Positions 40,293 to 50,726 of a DNA stretch of 64,000 nt are shown here, one piece after another (positions within the stretch are counted from its first letter, which is position 1; every line of letters starts with the position of its first letter). Under the pieces are notes generated by a model. The model did not search any database. It was given only the letters and a program-made list of their open reading frames with translations, and was not told where the DNA came from. The position numbers and the translations under genes are program-made. This DNA is from Armatimonadota bacterium (GTDB taxonomy: Bacteria > Armatimonadota > HRBIN16): positions 2,112,001 through 2,176,000 of the forward strand of contig OY781964.1 of the NCBI GenBank assembly GCA_963677485.1, written 5' to 3'.

Positions 40293-41025
40293 GTTGCCTA
40301 AGTCCGGGGCGGTTTTCTCCTAACCGCGCCGGTCTTGGTGTTCGGGCCGAGCGATTTCCGGCTATCCGCCAGACCGGCGCGGTCTCAAGCCTTCCGCAGT
40401 CGCTAGCTTACTGACAGTCCGCCCCGGACATAGGCAATGGGGATTTTTGGAAAGAAGAGGCGCCAAAGTTGGGGGGCGGTATATGCTCACCGCGCTGGTC
40501 TTGATTTTTCGGGACAAGGGATTTCGGGCTATCCGCCAGACCGGCGCGGTCTAGAGCCTTCCGTTACCGCTAGCCTACTGACAGACCGCCCCGGACATAG
40601 GCAATGGGGGTTTTAGGAATGAAGACGCGCTTAAGTCCGGGCGGTATTCCTTGACTTCGCCGGTCTTGATTGCCTGTGTCCGGGGCGGTTTTCTCCTAAC
40701 CGCGCCGGTCTTGATTTCGGGACAAGCGATTTCAGGCTAACCGCCAGACCGGCGCGGTCTCAAGCCATCCGCTACCGCTAGCGTACTGTCAGACCGCCCC
40801 GGACATAGGCAATGGGGATTTTTGGAAAGAAGACGCGCCTAAGTTCGAGTAATATGCTAACGGCATCGGTCTTGATTTCGGGACAAGGGATTTAGGGCTA
40901 TCCGCCAGACCGGCGCGGTCTCAAGCCTTCCGCTACCGCTAGCTTCCTGACAGACCGCCCCGGACATAGGCAATAAGGACCACCCGAGCCGCCCCGGACA
41001 TTGGCAATCCAGACCGGCGCGGATA
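40293..41025. repeat. Tandem array of REPIN family A units, upstream of the RAYT gene
   Basis: Four units (some with a degenerate first hairpin) plus fragments, in the same orientation as the other array. Confidence 0.95.
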
Positions 41026-41055
41026 CAGCATTTCAACAACCCCCCCACGCGCACG

Positions 41056-41847
41056 CTACCGGTTCTGGCGGCGGGCCTCGAAGAGCAAGATGCCGCTGGC
41101 GACGACGACGTTCAGCGAATGCGCGCCGCCGCCCATGGGGATGGTGGCCATGTCGTCCAGCGAGCCTCGGGTGTCAGCGGTGAGGCCGCTGTCCTCGGTA
41201 CCGACCCACAGGCAGAGGGGCGCCTTGAGGGGGGCATCCCAGTGTGCCTGGTGCGAGCGGCTGGTGCTTCCTACCTGACGCCATCCCGACTGCCGGAAGG
41301 CCTGTATCGCCGGTTGCGAGTTATCCACGATGCACACCGGCACATCCGCGATGCTGCCGGTGGTGGCACGCACGCCAGCGCGGCTGTAGAGGTCGCCACA
41401 GGGGTGAATGAACACCACAGCCTTCACTCCCGCCGCATCGGCGGTACGCACCAGCATACCGCAGTTCCGGGGGTCTTGCAGGCACTCCGCCACCAGCACG
41501 ATGCCATCAGCCAGCTGCGCCAGGTCGCTCAAGCTAATCTGCTGCATCGGCATCACCGCCACCGCCATGCAGTTGGTGTCATACCCGGTGCCCATCAGTT
41601 TGGGAAACAGCCCCTTCTTGACCAGCATCACATGGACATGGGCCTTCAGGAGCTGTTCAGTGACCTGCGGGTCCACGTCCTCACGCAGCAGAACCCGTTC
41701 GGGTTTGATGCGGGCGTGGAGGGTTTTGAGCACCTGCTGCGCCCCCTCCAACAGAAACTTGCGTTCCTGCTGACGGGGGGCATTCTGGTTCAATCGGCTG
41801 GCGGAGACGAACAGAGGGTGTTTCTGCTCGGTGATCAGATCGGGCAT
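41056..41847 (-). CDS. TrmH/SpoU-family RNA methyltransferase
   Basis: QDPRN.G...RTA.AAG, G.E..GL, IPM.G..HSLNV..A. Confidence 0.92.
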   Translation of the reverse strand: MPDLITEQKHPLFVSASRLNQNAPRQQERKFLLEGAQQVLKTLHARIKPERVLLREDVDPQVTEQLLKAHVHVMLVKKGLFPKLMGTGYDTNCMAVAVMPMQQISLSDLAQLADGIVLVAECLQDPRNCGMLVRTADAAGVKAVVFIHPCGDLYSRAGVRATTGSIADVPVCIVDNSQPAIQAFRQSGWRQVGSTSRSHQAHWDAPLKAPLCLWVGTEDSGLTADTRGSLDDMATIPMGGGAHSLNVVVASGILLFEARRQNR

Positions 41848-41849
41848 GA

Positions 41850-43661
41850 CTAGCTTTCCGCTACTTTAAGCACACTGAGGAAGGCCTCCTGCGGAAGCTC
41901 CACGGAGCCCACCTGCTTCATGCGCTTCTTGCCCTCTTTTTGCTTCTCGAGCAGCTTGCGCTTTCGGCTGATGTCACCACCGTAGCACTTGGCAATCACG
42001 TTCTTGCGGAGTGCAGACACTTTTTCCGCCGCGATGACCTTCGCGCCGATGGCGGCTTGCAGACGCACCTCGAACTGCTGCTTGGGCACTACTGTGCGAA
42101 GACGCTCTACGAGCGCCTTCCCACGGTTGAAAGCGCGGTCACGGTGTGTGATGAAGCTGAGCGCATCCACCGTATCACCGTTGATCATGATGTCCAGCTT
42201 CACTAGCTCGCTGCGCAGATAGCCGATGGGGTCGTAATCAAATGATGCGTAGCCTTTGCTGCGGCTTTTCAACTGGTCGTAAAAGTCCAGCAGGATTTCC
42301 GACAGCGGCAGGTTATAGGTCAGCATCACACGCTTGGGTGTGGGATACTCCATCTTCACGAACTCGCCGCGACGTTCGATGGCGAGGTCCATCATGGGCC
42401 CCACATACTCCTTGGGCACATAGATGTTTGATCGGATGAAGGGCTCTTCCACATAATCGATGAGCGTAGATGACGGCCAGTGGGCCGGGTTGTCAATGGT
42501 GGTAAATTCCCCATCGGTCTTCATCACGCGATAACTCACGGATGGTGCCGTCGCGATCAGGCTGATACCAAACTCGCGTTCCAGCCGTTCCTGCACGATG
42601 TCCATATGCAGCAGCCCGAGGAATCCGCATCGGAACCCAAACCCGAGGGCCGCAGAACTCTCCGCCTCGAAAATGAGAGAGGCGTCATTGAGTTGGAGTT
42701 TCTCCAACGCGTCGCGTAGCTCGTTGAAGTTTTCGCCATCCATGGGGAAGAGCCCGCAGAAGACCATCGGCAGCACCGGCTTATATCCGGGCAGCGGTCT
42801 TTTGGCGGGGAACTCCGCATTCGTCAGCGTGTCGCCCACGTTCACATCGCCCACGGTTTTCATGCTGGCTACCAGATAGCCCACTTCGCCGCAGCTCAAC
42901 TGCTCGCTGGCCAGCATTTTGGGCTGGAAGGTGCCCACGCCGGTGACTTCGAACTCTTTGCCGGTGCCCATACAACGAACCATGTCACCGGGTTTGACAC
43001 TGCCGTCGATGACGCGCAGATAGGTGACCACGCCCAGGTAGGCATCGAAATGGCTGTCGAAAACCAAGGCACGTAGCGGAGCTTCGGGCCGGCCGCTGGG
43101 TGCCGGCACCCGTGTGATGATCGCCTCCAGAATATCCTTAATACCCACGCCCGTCTTCGCACTGCAGGCGATGGCTTCGGTGGCATCAATCATCAAAACA
43201 TCGTCGATCTCTTCTGCGGCTCGATCAATATCGGCGGCAGGAAGGTCGATCTTGTTGATCACCGGGATGATGGTGAGGTTGGCGTTCATCGCCAGGTTTA
43301 CGTTCGCGATGGTCTGCGCTTCCACGCCCTGAGTGCTATCAACCACCAGAATCGCACCCTCGCAAGCGGCGAGGCTGCGTGACACTTCATAAGCAAAGTC
43401 CACGTGACCAGGGGTGTCAATCAAGTTCACTTGATAGGTCTGGCCATCTAAAGCGGTATAGTGAAGCCGCACGGTCGCCATTTTGATGGTGATACCGCGC
43501 TCGCGCTCCAGGTCCATTTGGTCCAGCATCTGCTCATGCATATGCCTTGGATCCACAGCCCCAGTGACCTCAAGGATGCGGTCAGCAAGTGTGGATTTAC
43601 CATGGTCGATGTGAGCGATGATACAGAAATTACGGATGTGAGATTGTGGGTCTAGTGACAT
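41850..43661 (-). CDS. lepA: Elongation factor 4
   Basis: [49 protein letters not shown]. Confidence 0.99.
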   Translation of the reverse strand: MSLDPQSHIRNFCIIAHIDHGKSTLADRILEVTGAVDPRHMHEQMLDQMDLERERGITIKMATVRLHYTALDGQTYQVNLIDTPGHVDFAYEVSRSLAACEGAILVVDSTQGVEAQTIANVNLAMNANLTIIPVINKIDLPAADIDRAAEEIDDVLMIDATEAIACSAKTGVGIKDILEAIITRVPAPSGRPEAPLRALVFDSHFDAYLGVVTYLRVIDGSVKPGDMVRCMGTGKEFEVTGVGTFQPKMLASEQLSCGEVGYLVASMKTVGDVNVGDTLTNAEFPAKRPLPGYKPVLPMVFCGLFPMDGENFNELRDALEKLQLNDASLIFEAESSAALGFGFRCGFLGLLHMDIVQERLEREFGISLIATAPSVSYRVMKTDGEFTTIDNPAHWPSSTLIDYVEEPFIRSNIYVPKEYVGPMMDLAIERRGEFVKMEYPTPKRVMLTYNLPLSEILLDFYDQLKSRSKGYASFDYDPIGYLRSELVKLDIMINGDTVDALSFITHRDRAFNRGKALVERLRTVVPKQQFEVRLQAAIGAKVIAAEKVSALRKNVIAKCYGGDISRKRKLLEKQKEGKKRMKQVGSVELPQEAFLSVLKVAES

Positions 43662-43757
43662 TCGGCCCCTCCCTGCATCCTTGATTTTACCATATACGGG
43701 GGCCTGGGCATGAATGCGGGACCATGAGACGGGTGGTTATCGTTTGTTTGGCTGCAG

Positions 43758-43975
43758 GAAGGGCGATTCGCGGTTCGCCCCTACACGGAACCTCCGCGCC
43801 GGTTTTCCCCTAACCGGGGCGGTGTTGTTCCGTCCCCCTGGGTACGCCAATCTCCCGATTGGCTCCCTCCCCATCCGAACCTATCCGTGTAATCCGTGGT
43901 TCAGACAATCCGGGTATCGGACGGATGAGACCGATTGGACTGACAACATAGTGGGCAACCACAGGGACTGCCCAT
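43758..43975. repeat. Repeat mosaic (REP D, family A fragment, GCCAATC module, ATCGG..CGGAT repeats)
   Basis: gggcgattcgcggttcgcccctac; gggtacgccaatctcccgattggc...atccgtgtaatccgtggttcagacaa; gggcaaccacagggactgccc. Confidence 0.85.
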
Positions 43976-43999
43976 AGTAAGCGTTCCGGCGGCTATTCG

Positions 44000-46486
44000 C
44001 TAATTCGCGACCACGTTCACGAGCTTGCCGGGCACGACGATCACCTTGCGCACGGTCATGCCTTCGGAGAAGCGCAGAACGGTGGGGTGGGCTAATGCCA
44101 GCTCCTCCAGCGTCTGCTGGTCGGTATCGACCGGTACGCTGATGTTGTCGCGCAGCTTGCCGTTGACCTGCAGCACGATGGTCAGCGCCTCGGCCGCCAT
44201 AGCGTCCTCGTCCACCTTCGGCCAGTTCTGCTTCTGCGTGAAGCCGGTATGGCCGATTTCCTGCCAGAGCTCATCGCAAAGGTGTGGGCAGATGGGCGAA
44301 AGAACCAGCACGAGATACTCAATCGCCTCGCTGAGTGCGGGGCTGCCGGGGATCTTTGACTTCATATCGTAGATCAGGTTCACCCATTCCATAATCACGG
44401 CCACGGCGGTGTTGTAGCTGAAGCGTTGGATGTCGTCGGCGACTTTCGCAGTGACCTGGTGCGTCTTGCGACGCAGCGCGCGCTCGTTGGCATCAAGATC
44501 GGTCAGCTTCTTCGCGTATTTACCGTCGAAGCTGCCGCGCAACTCTCCTACTAATCGCCACACACGACCCAGGAAGCGGTTGCCTCCGGCCACGCCTTCG
44601 TCACGCCATTCGATGGTCTGATCAAACGGCGCTACAAACAGCTCGTAGAGGCGCAGCGTATCGGCCCCAAACTTGGATACAACCTCATCGGGAGTGATCA
44701 CGTTGCCCTTACTCTTGCTCATCTTGATCATCGTGCCAGGGTTCTTGGGATCGGGTGCCAGCACCATCCCTTGATTCTTCAAGTTGCTGAAGGGCTCAAT
44801 GAAATCAATCAGATCAGCGTCATACATCACTTTGGTCCAGAAGCGGGCATACAGCAGGTGCATGACCGCATGCTCCGCGCCGCCCACATAGGTATCGACC
44901 GGAAGCCAGTATTTCACCTTCTCAGGGTCAAAAGGCCGGTCGTCTTCCTTCGGGCTGGCGAAACGCAGGAAATACCAGCTGCTACACGCGAAGCCGCCCA
45001 TCGTGTCGGTCTCACGTGAAGCCAGACCGCCGCACAGAGGGCAACTGACGTTCACGAAATCGGGGATTAGGGCCAACGGGCTGCGGCCGTCACCGGTGGG
45101 TTTGTAGTTCTCCACATCGGGCAGCACTACCGGCAGTTGGTCGTCGGGCACGGGCACCGCACCGCACTTGGGGCAGTGGATGATGGGGATCGGGGCGCCC
45201 CAATATCGCTGCCGGCTGATTAGCCAGTCGCGCAGGCGGTAGTTCACCACGCGGTGACCCACCTTGTGCGCTTCCATCCAGTCGGCGATGGCACTCTTGG
45301 CAGCGATGCTGCCCATGCCGTCGAACTCACCACTGTTCATCATGGTGCCGGGCTCGGTGTAGGCCTCGGTGAAGTCAGAGCCGTCCCAGCCGTCTGGCCG
45401 GATAACCACAGTGATGGGCAGGTTCTGCTGCTTCGCAAAGTCGTAGTCGCGGCTGTCATGCGCTGGCACCGCCATGATCGCTCCCGAGCCGTATCCTGCC
45501 AGCACGTAGTCGGCGATGAAGAGCGGCAGCTCCTGACCATTGACCGGGTTGATGGCGTAAGCCCCGGTGAACACACCGGTGCGCTCGTGCTCCGTGCTCA
45601 GCCGGTCGATCTCGCTGGTGCGCTTCGCCTCGGCGACATAATCCTCGACGGCGGCCAGGCACTCCGGCGTGGTGATCTCCGCCACCAGCGGATGCTCGGG
45701 GGCCAACACCGCGAAGCTCATACCAAACACGGTGTCGACACGGGTGGTGAATACTTCAAAACTCTTGTCCGAACCGGCGATGGGCATGGTAAACTGCACG
45801 CCTTCGCTGCGGCCGATCCAGTTGCGCTGCATCATCTTGATGCCGTCTGGCCAGTCCACGGTGTCCAGATCGTCCGCCAGGCGGTCGGCGTAGTCGGTGA
45901 TCTTGAAGAACCACTGGGGAAGGTTCTTCTTCTCTACCGGGTTACCGCATCGCCAGCAGTTGCCGTTCTCTACCTCTTCGTTGGCCAGAACAGTGCTGCA
46001 GCTCCCGCACCAGTTGGCGGGTGCACCGCTGCGGTAGGCCAACCCGCGCTTGAACAGCAGCAGGAAGAACCACTGGGTCCACTTGTAGTAGTCGGGGCTG
46101 CTGGAGTTGACTTCGCGCTCCCAGTCGAAGCTGATGCCCACCAGGTTCATCTGGCGGGTGTAGTTCGCGATGTAGGCCGGTACGGTCTTATTGGGGTGGC
46201 TGTTCTTCTTGATCGCCTCGTTCTCGGCAGGCAGTCCGAAGGCATCCCAGCCCATGGGATGCATCACGTTGCGGCCGTTCATGCGCATGAAGCGGCAAAG
46301 CACGTCAGTGGGGATATAGTTGCGGCAATGCCCCACAGAGAGCCCGTTGCCCGAGGGGTATGGGAAGAAGTCCAGCCCGTAGAACTTGGGTTTTCCACCT
46401 TCTTCCGTGGCCTTGAATAGCTTGGCCTCTTTCCAGGCTTGCTGCCACTTGGCCTCTATCTGTTCGGGAATGTATCGCTCATCCAT
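44000..46486 (-). CDS. leuS: Leucyl-tRNA synthetase
   Basis: FPYPSG.GL.VGH, GWDAFGLPAEN, AVPAHD.RD, SRQRYWG.PIP, KMSKSKGN; start at ATG 46486. Confidence 0.98.
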   Translation of the reverse strand: MDERYIPEQIEAKWQQAWKEAKLFKATEEGGKPKFYGLDFFPYPSGNGLSVGHCRNYIPTDVLCRFMRMNGRNVMHPMGWDAFGLPAENEAIKKNSHPNKTVPAYIANYTRQMNLVGISFDWEREVNSSSPDYYKWTQWFFLLLFKRGLAYRSGAPANWCGSCSTVLANEEVENGNCWRCGNPVEKKNLPQWFFKITDYADRLADDLDTVDWPDGIKMMQRNWIGRSEGVQFTMPIAGSDKSFEVFTTRVDTVFGMSFAVLAPEHPLVAEITTPECLAAVEDYVAEAKRTSEIDRLSTEHERTGVFTGAYAINPVNGQELPLFIADYVLAGYGSGAIMAVPAHDSRDYDFAKQQNLPITVVIRPDGWDGSDFTEAYTEPGTMMNSGEFDGMGSIAAKSAIADWMEAHKVGHRVVNYRLRDWLISRQRYWGAPIPIIHCPKCGAVPVPDDQLPVVLPDVENYKPTGDGRSPLALIPDFVNVSCPLCGGLASRETDTMGGFACSSWYFLRFASPKEDDRPFDPEKVKYWLPVDTYVGGAEHAVMHLLYARFWTKVMYDADLIDFIEPFSNLKNQGMVLAPDPKNPGTMIKMSKSKGNVITPDEVVSKFGADTLRLYELFVAPFDQTIEWRDEGVAGGNRFLGRVWRLVGELRGSFDGKYAKKLTDLDANERALRRKTHQVTAKVADDIQRFSYNTAVAVIMEWVNLIYDMKSKIPGSPALSEAIEYLVLVLSPICPHLCDELWQEIGHTGFTQKQNWPKVDEDAMAAEALTIVLQVNGKLRDNISVPVDTDQQTLEELALAHPTVLRFSEGMTVRKVIVVPGKLVNVVAN

Positions 46487-46577
46487 TTGGGTATCACCTC
46501 TAGCACGAAAAACGCTGATTGGAAACTGCTTTCCTAGTATATTTAGTATAACCCAACGCATGAGGGGAGGCGGGCTG

Positions 46578-46705
46578 CCTCACACGGAGACGCAGAGGAC
46601 GCGGAGAGGGGGGTAAAGAGCCACCGTTTGGGTTGTGCGCAGCTTGTGATGCCACGAACTAACCGTGGTAGGGGATCCGACGGATTCGACCGATCCGACC
46701 GATAA
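46578..46705. repeat. Short-period repeats in the divergent leuS/queA intergenic region
   Basis: cacacggagacgcagaggacgcggag; atccgacggattcgaccgatccgaccgat. Confidence 0.75.
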
Positions 46706-46767
46706 CCCGCCCATGACCCAAAACCACCCCTCGCGGCTGATATCCGGCGAACCAAACTGATCACCCC

Positions 46768-47874
46768 GTGCCATGCAGTACAATAAAACCTGTGAACACA
46801 CCGTCTAGCACCACCGTACAACTGGCCCAGACGACACTGCGGTATGATGAGCATATCCTTGATCTGGAGGCCTACAACTACCCGCTGCCAGAGGAGCGCA
46901 TCGCGCAAAGGCCCATTGAGCCGCGCGATAGCTCCAAGCTGCTGGTGGTCAACCCCGCCACGGATACCCTGTCTGACCTGGTGTTCCACCAGATCACCGA
47001 GCTGCTGCAGCCTGGTGACACGCTGGTGATGAACAACACCCGCGTGACGGCGCGGCGGCTTTTTGGTCAGCGGCCCACCGGCGGCAAGGTGGAAGTGGTG
47101 ATGATCCAGCAGCTTAACCACTCGGACTGGCTGTGCATCGTGAAACCCGGCAAGAAGTTGATGCCTGGCGCGCAGATGGAGCTGGACGACGGCATCTGTG
47201 CTGAGGTGCTGGAGCACCAGCCAAGAGGGCTGCGCGTTCTGCGGTTCGCCGACCCGGAGCTGCTGATGAGCTCCAAACACGGCGTGATCCCGCTGCCGCC
47301 TTACATACACGTGCCGCTGCCCAACGAGGAGCGGTACCAAACGGTCTATTCCCAGGCACCCGGCAGCGCGGCGGCTCCCACGGCTGGATTGCACTTTACC
47401 CCTCCGCTGCTTGAGAAAATCAGGCTGATGGGGGTCAGTATCGCCTTTGTCACCCTTGATGTAGGCCTGGGCACCTTCCATCCGCCGGATCCCGGCATGA
47501 TGCGCGAGTCGCGGCTCCATCGCGAGCATGTGACCATCAGCCCTGAGACTGCGCAGACCATCAACAACACATCTGGGCGAATCATCTGCGTGGGCACCAC
47601 CTCGATCCGCGCGGTCGAATCCGCGGCAGTGGGACCTCGTATACTTCAGGCTTTTTCGGGTGAAACGGAGATATTCATCGCACCAGGGTATGAGTTTCAG
47701 ATAGCCGAGGCGATGCTGACCAACTTCCATGTGCCGGCCAGCACTCCGTTGTTCATGACCTGCGCCTTTGGCGGACGACAGCGGATTTTGAATGCCTATG
47801 ATCATGCGCTGGCTGATAGCTACCGCTTTTTGAGTTTTGGCGACGCGATGTTCATCACCTGTAGGGGGAGTTGA
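46768..47874 (+). CDS. queA: S-adenosylmethionine:tRNA ribosyltransferase-isomerase
   Basis: Y.LP.E.IAQ.P, PLPPYI, YQTVY, AAPTAGLHF, TNFH.P, YRF.SFGDAM. The true start is probably slightly downstream. Confidence 0.96.
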   Translation: MPCSTIKPVNTPSSTTVQLAQTTLRYDEHILDLEAYNYPLPEERIAQRPIEPRDSSKLLVVNPATDTLSDLVFHQITELLQPGDTLVMNNTRVTARRLFGQRPTGGKVEVVMIQQLNHSDWLCIVKPGKKLMPGAQMELDDGICAEVLEHQPRGLRVLRFADPELLMSSKHGVIPLPPYIHVPLPNEERYQTVYSQAPGSAAAPTAGLHFTPPLLEKIRLMGVSIAFVTLDVGLGTFHPPDPGMMRESRLHREHVTISPETAQTINNTSGRIICVGTTSIRAVESAAVGPRILQAFSGETEIFIAPGYEFQIAEAMLTNFHVPASTPLFMTCAFGGRQRILNAYDHALADSYRFLSFGDAMFITCRGS

Positions 47875-47875
47875 T

Positions 47876-48355
47876 ATGGCTTTACAAAGATTTGAGGATT
47901 GGATGGATCAGTTGGAGCGGCAATACGCACCCTCAGGTATATCTATGCCTGCCGTGCTCATCCAGCCATTGGCACTCAGTAAGCACGCCTCCAGCCGTAG
48001 GGCACCCTACACCCGCCACATGCAGCCCAGCTCTGTGGTAGTGCCAGGCCTGGGCACGCTGCCTCAGCACATCCAGATATTGGCCAATCTGCCAGATGAA
48101 ACCAGTGAGGTGGCTGACAAGCATTATAAAAGGTATAAAGAGACGCGGCGTGAGATGCTGGAGCGTCTGCTGAACCCCGTGCTGAACCTTGAGGAAGCGG
48201 CACGCCTGCTTGGTGTCTGCCCGGCATCGGTCAGACGATACACCGACCGCGGGCTGCTGGCGCACCATCGCACCGAAGGCAACCAGCGCCGGTTCCATCT
48301 GGCGGATGTGGTGGCGTTCATTCAAGCCCGAGATCAGGTAGAGGACACACTGTAA
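47876..48355 (+). CDS. Helix-turn-helix protein (excisionase/BldC-like HTH_17 domain at the C-terminus)
   Basis: L..EEAARLLGV...SVRRY...G.L..HRTEGNQRRF...DV. Confidence 0.82.
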   Translation: MALQRFEDWMDQLERQYAPSGISMPAVLIQPLALSKHASSRRAPYTRHMQPSSVVVPGLGTLPQHIQILANLPDETSEVADKHYKRYKETRREMLERLLNPVLNLEEAARLLGVCPASVRRYTDRGLLAHHRTEGNQRRFHLADVVAFIQARDQVEDTL

Positions 48356-48358
48356 GTT

Positions 48359-49498
48359 ATGCACATCGCAATGTTTTCCGAAAGCTATACCCCTGTCACT
48401 AATGGTGTGGCGGTCAGCATCACCACCCTGAAGGACCAACTGGAAGCCCGCGGGCACAGGGTCACCATCGTCACCACCCGCCACGCCAAATATCGGGCAA
48501 AACAGGGTGAGCTGCGGGTGCCCTCCTTCCGGCTGCCTTACTGGCCCGAATATACGCTGCCCATGAGCACTATCTACGGCAAACTTGACAGGTTTTTCGA
48601 GCAAGAGCATGTCGATATTATTCATACGCACATCCCCTTCATATTGGGATGGGCCGCTATCCGCCTCAGCAAAATGCACCACATCCCAATGGTCGGTCAC
48701 TACCACACGCTGTATGACCATTATCTGCACTACGCGCCGTTCCTGCCGAAAAAGTTAATGTATAAAGGGCTCTCCACACACATCTGCGGATTCTACGGCC
48801 ATTGCCGGCAGATTATCACCCCTTCGCAGTTCTCCAAAGAGCGGCTGAGTGCCTTTGGGGTCGAAGCTGAGAAGATTAACATCATCCCCACCGGTTATAT
48901 TGATGAACCAGACCTTGTTCCGCGAGATGAGGCGAGGCAGCTCTACCACATTGAGCCGCAGCAGCGGGCATTGTTGTTTGTGGGGCGTATTGCCATCGAA
49001 AAGAACATCGGTCTGCTGATGGACATGATGGCGATCATCAAAGGCAAGCATCCCAACGCCTTCCTATGGATAGTGGGCAGCGGACCAGCAATCCACATCG
49101 TGCGACGCCAGGCACGCAAGGCGGGTGTGATGGACCGTGTTCGCTTCCAAGGCAAGGTGCCGCATAAGCAGATCGGTGCGGTTTACAGCGCGGCGGACCT
49201 GTTTGTATTCCCCTCTATCACCGAAACGCAAGGACTGGTGGTGGGCGAAGCGCAGGGTTACAGTCTGCCTTGCATCGCCGCCGATCATGCGGCCGCCGCG
49301 GAAAGCATTTTGAACGACGTTAGCGGTATGATAGTAGACGGAAGCCCTGAGTACTTCGCTGCGGCGGTCGATGAGCTTCTGTGTGATGAGGACAAACGTA
49401 ATCGGCTGGCCGCTGGTGCCTTGTCTGCCCCGCGAGTTTCTGCCGCGCAGATGGCTGATATGGTGACGAAAGTCTACGAGCACGCCATCAGCCGGTAG
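48359..49498 (+). CDS. Glycosyltransferase family 4 (glycolipid synthase-like)
   Basis: SESY.P..NGV..S, HT.Y, GR...EKN, ETQGLV..EA. Confidence 0.9.
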   Translation: MHIAMFSESYTPVTNGVAVSITTLKDQLEARGHRVTIVTTRHAKYRAKQGELRVPSFRLPYWPEYTLPMSTIYGKLDRFFEQEHVDIIHTHIPFILGWAAIRLSKMHHIPMVGHYHTLYDHYLHYAPFLPKKLMYKGLSTHICGFYGHCRQIITPSQFSKERLSAFGVEAEKINIIPTGYIDEPDLVPRDEARQLYHIEPQQRALLFVGRIAIEKNIGLLMDMMAIIKGKHPNAFLWIVGSGPAIHIVRRQARKAGVMDRVRFQGKVPHKQIGAVYSAADLFVFPSITETQGLVVGEAQGYSLPCIAADHAAAAESILNDVSGMIVDGSPEYFAAAVDELLCDEDKRNRLAAGALSAPRVSAAQMADMVTKVYEHAISR

Positions 49499-49538
49499 GG
49501 CAGCAGCATCACGCAATAACCCATTGAGGGGTGGCTGC

Positions 49539-50453
49539 ATGAAACTTAACGACGATCGTTGGTGTCCGGCGCGGTTCGCGCTGATGCTGAGTTGCGTTCC
49601 TAACCTGGGTGAAAAGCAGATGCTGCACGTGATGCATCACCAGGCCTTGAACTGCGTGCCTGTGGGGGTGTTCCTGCACCTGCCCATTGAGGAGCTTCAA
49701 GCCGATTGGGGCTTAACCGAAGAAGCGGCTTACGCCATCTCAGAGGAACGGCACTTGTGGTGGAACAGGTTTTTGGAGTCCGATGAGCTGGTGAAGCAGC
49801 ACGGCGTTCAGATCATTACCGAACAGCACCACCTCTACCCTCAACAACTCAACGAATTCTGCGAAACCCCTCCCCCTGTTCTCCACGCCGCCGGTAACAT
49901 GCAGCTCATCACCGAGGGCTGGCGGTTTGCGGTGGTCTGCTCACGCGATATGCCCTCCGTGGCTGGCGATGCGGCGGATGAGCTTTGCTGCAGGGCCATC
50001 GAGGCCGGCGGCACGCTGGTCACCGGCCACAATACCCGCGCCTATCAACGCGCGGCCCTGGCGGCGCTGCGGCAGGATCGCGAGCATATCATGGTGCTGG
50101 ACCGCGGCTTGTGGGCGGCTCTGGGACCCGAGTTCAACCGTCCGCTGTTCAACGCCGCGCGGCTATACCAGCTTCAATTCGCCTTTGAGCGTGACCTGGT
50201 GCTGTCGCCATTCCCGCTGAAGCTGGGCTGTTTCGGGCTCAGCAACCAGCGGCGCGACGAGTTGATCTTTGCGCTGTGCGATGTGATTTTCGCCGTCTGG
50301 GTGCGCGAAGATGGCGTGATGCAGCGGTTGTGCGAGCAGGCGGTGCGGCTGGGCAAGCGGGTGAAGGTGTGGCAGAGCCCCAGCGGGGTGGTCAGCCCCG
50401 GCGGCCAGCGTATCCTGGTTGCTCAGGAGCGTTTCGAGGCGGGTGAGGGGTAG
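49539..50453 (+). CDS. Divergent DprA/Smf-like protein
   Basis: YP..L.....PPPVL...GN..L, R.AVV.SR, LVLSPF, RD..I.AL. Confidence 0.7.
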   Translation: MKLNDDRWCPARFALMLSCVPNLGEKQMLHVMHHQALNCVPVGVFLHLPIEELQADWGLTEEAAYAISEERHLWWNRFLESDELVKQHGVQIITEQHHLYPQQLNEFCETPPPVLHAAGNMQLITEGWRFAVVCSRDMPSVAGDAADELCCRAIEAGGTLVTGHNTRAYQRAALAALRQDREHIMVLDRGLWAALGPEFNRPLFNAARLYQLQFAFERDLVLSPFPLKLGCFGLSNQRRDELIFALCDVIFAVWVREDGVMQRLCEQAVRLGKRVKVWQSPSGVVSPGGQRILVAQERFEAGEG

Positions 50454-50478
50454 GGGCGAATCACCCGGTCTTTCGGAT

Positions 50479-50637
50479 TCTTTAACCACGAATAAACACG
50501 AATGAACACTAATAGGGACTGCATTCGGCTTGTTCGGTATGCCCGAAACACAACAACTGGTAAACGGCAAATCTCCACGCCAGTCTTGTGGATTACTCTC
50601 CCATTCGTGTCCCTTCGTGTTCATTCGTGGTTAAAGA
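50479..50637. repeat. Inverted pair of AACCACGAAT periodic repeats
   Basis: Perfect 15-bp inverted repeat TCTTTAACCACGAAT (50479-50493 / 50623-50637), each arm continuing with 10-nt units. Confidence 0.88.
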
Positions 50638-50726
50638 CCCCTCCAATAAAGCCGAATTGCCATGAGCAGGCTGTTGTGGTAATCTGTGCCTGTTCCTGCG
50701 AAAACTAACCCGGAGAATGGTGCGCC

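Noticed and set aside
38772-41025. Possible CRISPR or guide-RNA array around the HUH nuclease
   Set aside because: The sequences between the conserved arms are homologous from unit to unit rather than unique spacers, the units are ~150-180 bp, and there are no cas genes.
46487-46767. T-box riboswitch upstream of leuS
   Set aside because: No T-box consensus or terminator/antiterminator is recognisable; the region is short and holds repeats.
47876-48355. Prophage or ICE excisionase marking an integrated element
   Set aside because: There is no integrase, att site or phage gene, and the ORF is tightly embedded in a housekeeping operon.
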